Assembly (NCBI GenBank): GCA_003427395.1 | Contig: BFEA01000025.1 | Coordinates: forward strand, 5,201,308-5,265,307 | Length of the DNA stretch: 64,000 nt | Reading direction: 5' to 3' | From: Chara braunii | Taxonomy: Eukaryota > Plantae > Charophyceae | In this document: piece after piece, positions 11,535 through 22,751 of the stretch | How positions within the stretch are numbered: the first letter of the stretch is position 1 | Layout of the letters: every line of letters starts with the position of its first letter | Notes under the pieces: generated by a model | The model's input: the letters and a program-made list of their open reading frames with translations, nothing else | Database searches by the model: none | Told to the model about the DNA's origin: nothing | Made by a program: the position numbers and the translations under genes

Positions 11535-13736
11535 GGTAGCGAAGTTTAGGCCCCATATCCTACCTTCAGTGATAGTTAATGATCTTTCTGGTAATAGTTT
11601 AGTATTCCTTGTTGACATTTTCTTTCACATTCTTTTTGTTTATTTTGCTTCCCCGTACTTGTTGAGTATAGGCAAGCTGCAGTGTTACTCCCTGAGCTCA
11701 GTGACTGGGCTTGAATACATGAGGTCGTTGCTGTGTCAAACGCCTGGTTTGCAACTTTGCATTTATTTGTAAGTTATGTGATGAATACATAATAGACATG
11801 GTTGTGGCAGACCACGCCCAGGACTGTATCTCGATGCAGGACACCAGCCTGGCGGATTGGATCCGGTCATCTAGACAGATACGGACACAGGACACCAATC
11901 TGGATGGATACATAATAGACATGTTTGTGGTCCAACTCCGGACCTGTCTGGATCATGTGCACAGATGTGGAGTCTGTGGACATACCTCTCCGGATTCCTT
12001 TTTTTTTTTTCCATTTTTTTTTCGTTAAAAAACACGAGCTTTATATGTTATGAAAAATGACCGAGGCCGGGGTCCTCACAATTTAACCAGGGGTTATCCT
12101 GGGAGCAATACCCAGTTTAGCTTACGAGCATCTGCTCGCCCCAGATCTCCTTTGAAACTCTTATAACCCTCTGTGCGCCTCTCAGGTTTCTCCAGCTGTC
12201 AGATAATTATGAGACTCAAGAGCAGTGGGTTGAACCCCGGGGGTTCGTGTGTCACCATCCCTATTGTAAGTTGACCTGTTAAACCGCCAGTACCTTCCCC
12301 ATATGTCGGCCGTTGGCCCTGCTTGCCAAGTATTTGGGATGAATCTGGTCAGCGCGTGTGCCCGGGGACGGCCTCCATGTTAACCGGAGGGCAATTTTTG
12401 TTGCCTGGGAATGGTACTGGCGGTTTAAACCCCGCAGATCCCTTTGGCCCTCTCTGCTATGGCATACTAAGCTCTTAAACCCTGACCCCAGTACATGCAC
12501 AGTCCGTCTCCTTTTAGAACACCCTACCTCCTGCTGTACCCTATCCTTTCTTCTCTGTTTTTTAAGGAAGGAAATCTCTACACCCTATCTCTGGCAAATT
12601 GTGGCAATCCTCCGACCTCGATTGCGCCCGGATTCCTGTTCGGAATCTTCGGATATGAAACGAGAAAAAGAAAAGAAAAGAAAACCATTCTTTTTTTTAG
12701 TTGGAAAGGCCTGTGGGAAGTCGTGGAAGCAAGGTTGGGAGAGGTCTAGGAAAGGCCTGGGAAAGGTTTAAACGTTAAAGTTAAAACATTTAGAGGGGCG
12801 TACATCAGAGGGGGAGGCATGCTTGGGAAGTTGGGATGCCAAACAACGTACGTTGGAAAGAGTAAACTCGGCAAAGAATCGCACATTCCAAAGAATCACG
12901 AGTTCACAACTCAACGCAAACATAAGAAGGGTTGCCTAGGATAGCTGATGATGACAACAGAAATTAGGAAGGCTCCACTCTAGGTCTTACATTTCACAGT
13001 AAATGCAGAGCATTCATGACTTGTGGCTCCATGCCACGCTACCCTGCTACCTCACTGTGCATGTATGGACAATAGCCATTCCCACATATCTTTATACTTC
13101 CACGGCCTCACACACAACTCTCCTCATACCCCAGTTGAGGACTTGTGATAGAGCGGTGAGGTTCATTTTTTTTTTGACGTGCAAAATGGTGGCGATAAGT
13201 TAACGAAGTTCAAACAGGAATTGGAAAGTAAAGACGAGCCTATTACGAAAGGCCTACATGCGGCCCTGTTTCAACAGCAGACAGGGCCACTTTAAAAACG
13301 AGGCTGTGTTATTGCAGGGCAGCTCAGGGCATGAAAAAATGCTCTGGGCCTCCCAAAAGAAATTTCAGCCCATTCCAAGTGGGATCTGGACCCAGTATCT
13401 GGACACCGGACTCCAGTTGGTCCAGATAGCGATCCGGTCCGGATGTCTGGATCGCTATCACGGTCATAGATAATGTATTTTTTTCGGTAGCGATAACAGT
13501 TAATGTATTGTTTCAACCATCTTCTTTTTCCTTCTCCTCTCGTTTTTCTTCTTTTGTTTCGACCATGAGATGTCATCCGAATCTTGGTTTTGTTTCGTTT
13601 TTTTTTCAATACAAAAAACAGGTTTTTATTGTCATGGCTCCTTGTCCGAAGACATTTCTTGTTTGGGAGAAGTAAAAATATTATGAGCAGTTGGGAAATA
13701 GTGCCCAACCTGCCACTTTCATCTCGGCATGAACTA

Positions 13737-13915
13737 TTGTCTATGAGATCGGTACCATTGTCTATGAAATCGGTACCATTGTCTATAAAATCAGTACCAT
13801 CGTCTATGAAATGCATTGAAATCAATACCACAGTCTACGGAATCAGCACCCTTGTATATGGAATCGGTACCATTATCTATACAGTAAGTAGTAAGTACCC
13901 TTGTCTATGGAATTC
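13737..13915. repeat. Degenerate 21-bp minisatellite
   Basis: Unit about ATTGTCTATGAAATCGGTACC, with 3-4 good copies followed by decayed ones. Confidence 0.75.
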
Positions 13916-14321
13916 GTTGCCGTCTTAGGGTTATGTTTTCAACTTTTCAGTGACAGATGCGGAACTATGGGCCTTATAACGGGCCCTACAATCTGTCGAT
14001 TTTCCCTTTTTCCCATCTCACCCCTATTAGGCAAATGCTTCTGTGACTTCTTTACTGTGCAACACGGCTAAATACAATCTCTTTCATGTGGGTTTCGAAC
14101 CCCAGGAGCCAGAATTTGCTCATTCTGCAATGTGATGTTTTGCATCCGGATTGTTGTTTTTTCCCTGCCTTTCCTTTTCTTTTCTTTTCATGAAACATTG
14201 CTCAGTTTTTTTTGACATTGCTCGTGACTGTTGCCAAATTTTGAAATTTCCTTCCAAAATTTTCCACGCTGCTGGTATTCTTTCTTCAGCATGCAACATC
14301 TCTGACATCTCTGGCAAACAG

Positions 14322-14362
14322 GATGTCATTTTGCGCGGAGCAAAGGTGCTTCCTCTTTACAG
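14322..14362 (+). CDS. AAE17: AAE17/18-like micro-exon
   Basis: CAG|GAT...TACAG|GTGAG, 41 nt. Encodes DVILRGAKVLPLY, continuing FTQ as in the plant AAE17 FTQD.I.RG....PLY motif. Confidence 0.88.
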
Positions 14363-14655
14363 GTGAGATAAAGTGAACGTCGAGCATCTTCCTGCAATCA
14401 TTGCTCTCTCTCTGGTTATTGGAACCATTGCCTCCTTTGTTCCTTGAGTGCTGCCCCCTGCTTCCCGCTTTCTGGCCTTGGATCTCAGCTCTCTGTCTGT
14501 CTGTCTGTCTGTCGGTCGTCGCTCTGTTCGCCCGTCCGTCCGTCTGTCCGTCTGTCGGTCCGCTGTTCCGTCAGTCTGTCGGTTGGTCCACCCGTGCATC
14601 GGTCAGTCGGTTGGTCTGTCGTTCTGTCTGTCTGTCCCCATACCTTCTCCTCTTC

Positions 14656-14721
<66 letters not shown>

Positions 14722-15735
14722 NNNNNNNNNNNNNNNNNNNNNNNNNNNNNNNNNNNNNNNNNNNNNNNNNNNNNNNNNNNNNNNNNNNNNNNNNNNNNNN
14801 NNNNNNNNNNNNNNNNNNNNNNNNNNNNNNNNNNNNNNNNNNNNNNNNNNNNNNNNNNNNNNNNNNNNNNNNNNNNNNNNNNNNNNNNNNNNNNNNNNNN
14901 NNNNNNNNNNNNNNNNNNNNNNNNNNNNNNNNNNNNNNNNNNNNNNNNNNNNNNNNNNNNNNNNNNNNNNNNNNNNNNNNNNNNNNNNNNNNNNNNNNNN
15001 NNNNNNNNNNNNNNNNNNNNNNNNNNNNNNNNNNNNNNNNNNNNNNNNNNNNNNNNNNNNNNNNNNNNNNNNNNNNNNNNNNNNNNNNNNNNNNNNNNNN
15101 NNNNNNNNNNNNNNNNNNNNNNNNNNNNNNNNNNNNNNNNNNNNNNNNNNNNNNNNNNNNNNNNNNNNNNNNNNNNNNNNNNNNNNNNNNNNNNNNNNNN
15201 NNNNNNNNNNNNNNNNNNNNNNNNNNNNNNNNNNNNNNNNNNNNNNNNNNNNNNNNNNNNNNNNNNNNNNNNNNNNNNNNNNNNNNNNNNNNNNNNNNNN
15301 NNNNNNNNNNNNNNNNNNNNNNNGTTTTTTTTTTTTTTTTTTCCCCGCCGCTGGGGGCCTTTTTGCACCCATTCTAGACTATCTAAACCACAGAAAACAA
15401 AATGTGGTTGGTAGGCCCGATTTCACCGATTTCGAATCGGGCCCGATTTGGATCTTCCATCTCAAAGATTGAGGGCCCAGATGGCCACGATTTCAAATCG
15501 GTGAGGGCGGGAACTACTGGCCCCCGTTCCCTCCCCCATACTCACGCTGTACCCCCAATATCCCCCCGTTCCTGCCCTGCAGTTGTGACACTCCGCCGGA
15601 CTTCGACGCGCAACTTCGATGAACCCCACCAGCACCTGCCAACGCCCGCCATCGCGCGTGACCCCGCCGTCACCCGCCAACGCCCGCCATCGCGGTTCTT
15701 CGCCATCGACAAGGTAAGGGACTTAGTTGGGAAGC

Positions 15736-15792
<57 letters not shown>

Positions 15793-15824
15793 TACATACA
15801 TAGATGGATACACACACACACACA

Positions 15825-15870
<46 letters not shown>

Positions 15871-15895
15871 AATACATATATAGGTATATGCATGC

Positions 15896-16003
15896 TCCTG
15901 ATGAGTCGGTGAAACTCCGACGAAACAGTTTGTCACAGCCCCTCGTTTGTTGTCCTCTTCTCTCTCTCTGCCTACGGTTTACCGGGCAGTTCTATTTGTG
16001 ACG
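15896..16003 (+). mobile_element. 108-bp insert with 20-bp TSD starting within a hammerhead ribozyme motif
   Basis: TSD ATATATAGGTATATGCATGC at 15876-15895 and 16004-16023. The insert starts TC-CTGATGA-GTCGG-TGAAACT-CCGAC-GAAAC and has no poly(A). Confidence 0.85.
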
Positions 16004-16714
16004 ATATATAGGTATATGCATGCACATGGTCCAACTAGTGGTTAAAATACAGCAACGTAGTAGCCACACGGGTGGACTCCCAGGTCCGTAGGGATACTAG
16101 AGTTAAAACATCTGGTACCCTTTCGACCCCCTGGACGCCAGACGAAGAATCATCTGGGCGTACCGACCTCAGTTTTACCGACTATTGGATAGACATTGCA
16201 CCAGGATGGGACTAAGCCACATATACACACGCACAGGAGCACTTAATATGGACCTGATTCGTAAAAGGCTACCAAGGCTTTCCTTGAAAAAGCGCCGCCG
16301 GCCTCCGCTAGCTCCAAGCAACCCCGCAAAAAGGACTTCAAATGCATGGGCCGTTTTTTCGTTTTCTTCGAACAGACAGGCAGTATTTGCACCGGGCTAG
16401 GACCATGGTACAGGTACCGATGGGTAATCTGGACCGATTGACAAACGGCTGTTCACCTGAACCCCGTTCCCGTAGTTTTTCGAAGAGAACACCCACGCGG
16501 CCCTTTCAACTTGGCCCGCCTCGAGAAGTGCTGCTATCCTCCACTATATTTACTGTCTGCGGGTTTATTCCCCCATCTCGTTCTTGGCTGAATGACTGTA
16601 CTGCTTTGTGCGGAGGCTCTTTGACGATTGCTGTGAATGCTTGGCCATGGCGACTTTGGACTTGGATGGTATCATGTATGCTGACCTCGCGGAGAACCAG
16701 AGCGACGAGGAAGC

Positions 16715-16864
16715 AGTACACCCCCCATCCCTCTCCCTACTAAGCCTTTACCTATGAAGGAAATGTTTGGAAGCTTGGACTGTTGTCGCAGTATACCCCC
16801 CATCCCTCTCCCTACTAAGCCTTTACCTATGAATGGAAATGTTTGGAAGCTTGGACTGTTGTCG
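16715..16864. repeat. About 75-bp tandem duplication
   Basis: CAGTA(C/T)ACCCCC...GGAAATGTTTGGAAGCTTGGACTGTTGTCG occurs twice with small differences. Confidence 0.85.
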
Positions 16865-16899
16865 CATGTGGTTTGCTGTGAACGCAGGTTTTCGAAGTA

Positions 16900-16947
16900 T
16901 CCCTCTGATGATCCGTATGGTGGCAACGGTGAAAAACGTTTTAGGGG
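16900..16947 (+). ncRNA. Minimal type I hammerhead ribozyme motif (slightly degenerate)
   Basis: Stem I TCCCT/AGGGG, core CTGATGA, stem II CCGT/ACGG with a T-T closing mismatch, GAA, palindromic stem III AAACGTTT, UUU cleavage triplet. Confidence 0.65.
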
Positions 16948-17155
16948 CGGCCACACCCTACCTGCATGCAGTTTGCGACTTGCTTCGTCACTTTCCTGCT
17001 GATTATTCAAGCGTCATCATTGAGCCTCTTCATCGTGCTGTGTCGACTGCTTGATATTCATCGTTCTTTTCATCTGGAAATCAGACTCGAGCTGTCCCGT
17101 AGTCGTCATTACCTGTATTTTTTATCATTTAGAGTAGTATCTCACACACACACAT

Positions 17156-17201
<46 letters not shown>

Positions 17202-17365
17202 ACACGCACACATATACAATTTCCCCTTTTCTTTAAATGCAGAAAAATAAAATTTAAAAGAATAAAAGCTGATAAATAATGAATTATAAATAAATAAATA
17301 AATAAAATAAAAAATAATAATAAAATAAAAAATAATAATAAAATAACAAACAAAATAATAAATAA

Positions 17366-17646
17366 CTAGGCTACCAGAGTGGCCCGGGGTCACTTGCCCG
17401 GCCGGGCCAAAAACAATTAAAAAATAAAAATAACAAATAAAAAATAAAAAATTTATTTTTTATTCTAAATTAGGTGTAGAATTTCGATGTGACCCTGAGG
17501 CAAAAGTTGATCCGTTTATTTTTCTGCATAACATAGTTTTTTTTTCGGATTTTTTTTTTTTTTTTTTTTTTTTTTTGGCTGGGACCTTCCCCGGTCCTTG
17601 CACGGGCTGCCCACCCGGGACCCGGGCGGCCCGGCTGGTAGCCTAG
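17366..17646. mobile_element. hAT-type MITE
   Basis: 12-bp TIR CTAGGCTACCAG/CTGGTAGCCTAG and 8-bp TSD ATAAATAA. An inverted sibling lies at 49635-49938. Confidence 0.9.
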
Positions 17647-19700
17647 ATAAATAAATAATAAAATTACAAAAATAATTTTATAGTAAAATAATAAAAAATT
17701 AAAATGCATATACTGCAGTACTTCAAAAATCAAAATCCCAACAAGAACTATTAAAAACTAAAACATGAAAAAACAAAAACTAAAGAGCAACATAATCAAC
17801 AAAATGTTTCAAAAAACATACCGTGTGTGTATGCCAGCAAAACTGGCAAGGTTCGGATGAAGGACCTACCCCTGTTGGGGTAGGTCCAACATCCTTGGAC
17901 CTACCCCACCAGGACCTTCATCACAACGGGAACGGGGAGGGACACACACACACACACACACACATATACATTTCCCTTCTCTTCAGATACAGAAAAATAA
18001 AAACTTAAAAGAATAAAAACTGATAAATAATGAATAAAAATTAAATTAATAAAATAATAAAACAATAAAATAAAATAAATAAATTAATAAATAAATAAAT
18101 TAATAAATAAATTAATTAAAAAAATAAAAAATAAAAAATAAAAAATAATTGTAAAATAACAAACAAAATAATAAATAGATAATAAAACTACAAAAAATAA
18201 TAATTAAAAAACAGTAAAATTAAAATAATAAAAATTGAAAATTGAAAAATAAATGCATATAAAAAAAAGTTGTAAAAGAGAAAGGCAATAATAATAAGTC
18301 AAAATATAATAGTACAAAAAGATAAGATAAGACAACCAGATACATATCAACAATCAGTACCTTCCCAATATAACGTAATTCGGCTAGACTAAAAGATATA
18401 ACAAAAATACGTAGGCACACTAAGCTCCATAATCGAGAATAATCATAAAAAAATAACCGAGATTAAATACCAGCAGGTGTATATATACAGATATACCCTC
18501 TCTACTGAGCGAACCCATTACCCATGCCGTAGCCCTCAATGAGCCATATGCAAACCTCCACTAGGAATTCGGAGCTCCTATCGGTAAAGCAAAACGACGC
18601 AGGCAACCTTTATCACCACATCAACTACAAAATTGCTGTCCGGTTATGGGTACACTTGCCTATGTATGAAACCGGAAATGCACACACATAACGAAAACAC
18701 CAAATCACTCACATCAAAATACGAAGGCCACGCGTTCTCACGAAAACGTACTAATGACCATTACGGAAACGACAAATAACTAAAAACACCACTCCGAAAC
18801 GACATAGACGATACACAAAAAACAAATACCCACGCCTACAGGACAAAACGGAATACGACGATACCCTGCGCCTCCATAGCCAGTCCTTCGCGCCAACAAC
18901 GAAAAAGACACACACAACTGCACATGATCGCGCGCAGCAAGTCAAGACAAGAAGACGAAACTACCCTGACCAAAACTAAGCTCGCACGCTAAGAGCTAAG
19001 ACCAAAGCCCGCCATCTGCTAAGTAACCTCCTGCAGCACATACTTTCGCAATATTGCAAACACTTGGGTGCAGACCCCCTTACCATACTGCAACTACACG
19101 GCTACCGCTACAGATCTCCTTTTGAAAAAACATTCCTACCCACTGGCGTGCACCCTCCACCATACACACATGGCACCATTACAACCCCGAAACTCAAAGC
19201 AATACTCATACACCCCCGTTATATCCCTGCTATTCGTAGCCCATATCATGGCTCGTTCTGCTATACATACATCACCCGCACGACCATATTCCCCCTCGTG
19301 CTACAGCATACGCCGTCGAACACGTCTACATATGCAACTGCATGCATGCTCGCGCTGCTGCATTGCGACGACAGCACATACACTACGACCCCCTGCACCA
19401 CGTAACACCAGTCCCCCCAGTATCTCTCGCTGAAGCACGACTGTTCAGCTGAGAATACAGTGTGTACCTGGGCGCGGCCGGTCGCAATACAGTGCATCGC
19501 ACGCTGTGCTTACACCATGAGTAACTGATACTTCGCTACGAAGGAGACACTCCTGCCATGGCGGCTGCTGACAATCCAGCGACACCGCCAATGACGACGC
19601 AGGTAAGACTCACTAACTCCATGTCCCTCAAAATGCCCACTATACCCCCCATTCCCTCTCTTCTCCTCCCCTTCCTAACAGGAGCATTTTTACTAAGCTA

Positions 19701-19756
19701 ACCCCTTTGATGAGCTGCTATGGGTGCTAGGCGGCGAAAAGCGCGCTTAAGGGCGT
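19701..19756 (+). ncRNA. Minimal type I hammerhead ribozyme motif (C3U variant)
   Basis: Stem I CCCT/AGGG (extendable past a bulge), core TTGATGA, stem II GCTGC/GCGGC, GAA, perfect palindromic stem III AAGCGCGCTT, UUA triplet. Confidence 0.72.
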
Positions 19757-20080
19757 GCACCTCCCATATGGTTGGGTCCTCCGACCCTCTCCTAACCCCT
19801 GCTAACTTACTAATACTAATTCTAACTGCTCCCCTCTAAAATCTACCCCTTGTTGTGTGAACCCTGTGTCGGACTAATATGATGGGCATAATGGCCGTCT
19901 ATTGTCCCATACTATTGGGATGGCTGTGTTCTATACACAAACCCCCCGCACACACGTGTAGTAGTGTATATTTCGATGTTCGAACGGAAGATTCATTCGA
20001 TTTTGCTCATCCTATCGATGGAAGTAGCGTGAGGCCAGCCGCGCGGTTAGCGACTTACCTGTCGGCCGGTGCGTTGCTCA

Positions 20081-20127
<47 letters not shown>

Positions 20128-20145
20128 CGGACGATGGATCGTCCG

Positions 20146-20194
<49 letters not shown>

Positions 20195-20282
20195 CGTNNN
20201 NNNNNNNNNNNNNNNNNNNNNNNNNNNNNNNNNNNNNNNNNNNNNNNNNNNNNNNNNNNNNNNNNNNNNNNNNNNNNNNNNN

Positions 20283-20324
<42 letters not shown>

Positions 20325-20534
20325 CCGGCGCTGGGTGCCTTCTTGCCCCCTTCTAGACTATCTAAACCACGGGAAAAAAATGGGGCCGGTAAGCCCGATT
20401 TCACCGATTTGAAATCAGGCCCGATCTGGATCATCGATCTCAAAGATCGACGGCCCAGATGGATGCGATTTCAAATCGGTGAGGGCGGGAACTACGGGCC
20501 CCTGTTCCCTCCCCCATGCTCACGCTGTACCCCC

Positions 20535-21200
20535 TGAAACGGTTTTCACCTTAGCAGTAGCAGATGCAGATCCCAGGGCTCGATCCCTAGACCTTACCAT
20601 ACCCGTGTACAATATCAAGTCGACCCCTGTGTGTTTGAACCCGTGACCTGTGTTTTGGTAGTTGACTGTTGCCTGTCGTAGGTCTGTGCAGCTGTAGGGG
20701 TTCGATCTGTAGGTCTGTCGACTAGGGGTTATAGTTGTGTAGAGGCCGTAGCTGTGGCAATTCTGAAAGGTCAAGGTCGTAGCTGCTACAGTCCGGAAAG
20801 GCCAAGTCCACAGACTTCCGGAAGGTCCGGAAGTGGCCTTTCGAGTTTGTCTCACTTTACTCACAGCAGACCAGAGGCAAGTGGGCAAGTGGTGAGTCCA
20901 ACTTCGCTTAGTCAAGGGTACTCAGTCCCAGTCTTACTTTGTACAGTCAGCAAGTACCATGAGGGACTGTGTGGACCATGGGCCTGGTGGAAAAGGGCAG
21001 ACCAGCGACTTACAGAAGTATAAAGCAAGAGGCAGCGTCCAGCCATTCATTCATTCCTGCTTGAGCCGGAAGCGCTGCCCAGGCGTCTTGTGCGAGGTGG
21101 TCTGCAGAAGCCCGAGGTTGAAGTGGGCTGAAGGGAGATAGTTCGTCCATAGCTGGTAGTGGTAGAGCGGCCATAGCCGCTGTAGCTTAGAGATAGAGTT

Positions 21201-21267
<67 letters not shown>

Positions 21268-21508
21268 GTATTGAGTTTGTGTGCGTGGGATATCCAGGGA
21301 GATCCAGAGTCAAGTGCGTGCAAACGGTTGTGTGATTACAGTGTCGGACAGAGGATGTGTGAGCGCTCAGGCGCCATAGCCAGTTGGAAGCAAGTTTGTA
21401 TCCAAACTGTGTTCTCGACTTTAATATCTCTGAGCTTTGTGTGGACTCACAGCGCCAGCGTGGATTGACATCTGTTTACATGTATGGGAAGTGAAGAAGA
21501 AAGCGAGT
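20535..21508 (+). repeat. 5' LTR (last ~9 nt and PBS not visible)
   Basis: Starts TGAAACGG, aligns to 28455-29423 and contains an internal (TG)n. Confidence 0.93.
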
Positions 21509-21538
21509 GGAGGAAGGTGACGTGCACCTGCAAAAGAC

Positions 21539-21601
<63 letters not shown>

Positions 21602-22751
21602 CGATACAAGATTGGTTGTGCGGTCTAAGACAAGAGGTGGAGGCCATAACCGCCGAAGCTCAGACATACGGTTACCAAGGAGAAAGAAGACGAAGTAGAG
21701 GAGGAGGGAGAGACGAAGGAGAGAGAAGCCATAGCCAGGGAAGAAGAAGGAAGAGACGAAGGAGGAAAAAGAAAGACATAGCCGGGGTGAAGGAAGAAGA
21801 AAGTGAGGAAGAAGGAAGGAGGGAGAAGGAAGGAGGGAGAAGGAGAATATTGGAGGTTGGTGAGAAAGAAAAGGGGTGACAACCATAGCCGAGTTAAGCT
21901 TCGACTACGGTGTTGACCGGGGGTTGACTGAAGCGTTGACCGAGGAGTTGACCAAGGCTGACTGAGGCGTTGACTGGGAGGTTGATTGGCGTTGACCAAG
22001 GCGTTGACCGGAGCTGTTGACCACGAAATTGCCCAAGCTGGAGTTGGTATATTCTCGCCAAGCCTTCAGTCTATCCCCTCGCCCTATGGATGTGCACTCA
22101 CCCCGTGGCACTTGCTAAGTCTGTCTATCTCTTCTTTTTGCATTGAGTCTCTTCTGTCCAGGTGATAGGAACTCTATGTATGAGGCCGTAGAGCTTTGTT
22201 GACCAAACCCACACTGGCTGAGTAGGGCTAAAGGTCGTGTCTGACGACTGACTGACCCGGAGGACAAACCCTCCCAAGGACTAGTACGGACCGGTGGGCT
22301 GCTCAATGTGGCATGGTAGGCCCAAAATCCGAGTTGTGGGCTGCACAACAAGCTGTCTAAGTCTTGAGAGGACTTGCTGATCACGTCGTCCTGTTTGCGA
22401 CGTTAAAAAATTCATGAGGAGCTATGGGGGATCTCCTTAAATGGCTCCTGATCAGTGCTGAAGTCTTGTAGTGACAACTTAGTAATAGGTCTAGGCTATG
22501 AGACCCTAGTTGATAGGGTCCTGAACTGGAGTGAAAGCCATGTGGGATTGACCGCATGTGCAAGGCTTCTGGGTCTGGATTGTAAAAGACAGTGGTGGCG
22601 AAAGCTTCCGTCGGCCGTGGTAACCTGGCTGGATCGAAGGGGAAGATCTTGTGGTCCTTAGAGAGTCAATAGGTCAGTAAGTTAAGTCAGTTAGGGGTGG
22701 AAGTCTAAGTGGTGAGGAGTGGAATTGTTACTTGGTTGTACATCTTTCACC

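Larger units (their letters stand above)
15324..20197. mobile_element. Non-autonomous repeat, copy 1 (probably hAT-related), with about 4 kb of inserts in its (CA)n tract
   Basis: 15345-15770 and 19945-20197 align with 20325-20534 plus 29433-30230 of copy 2. Both ends run into N gaps. Confidence 0.7.

Noticed and set aside
11797-13470. Possible old hAT-like element with TCCGGA/TCCAGA subterminal repeats enclosing a LINE tail
   Set aside because: The TIRs and TSD are too degenerate to define ends.
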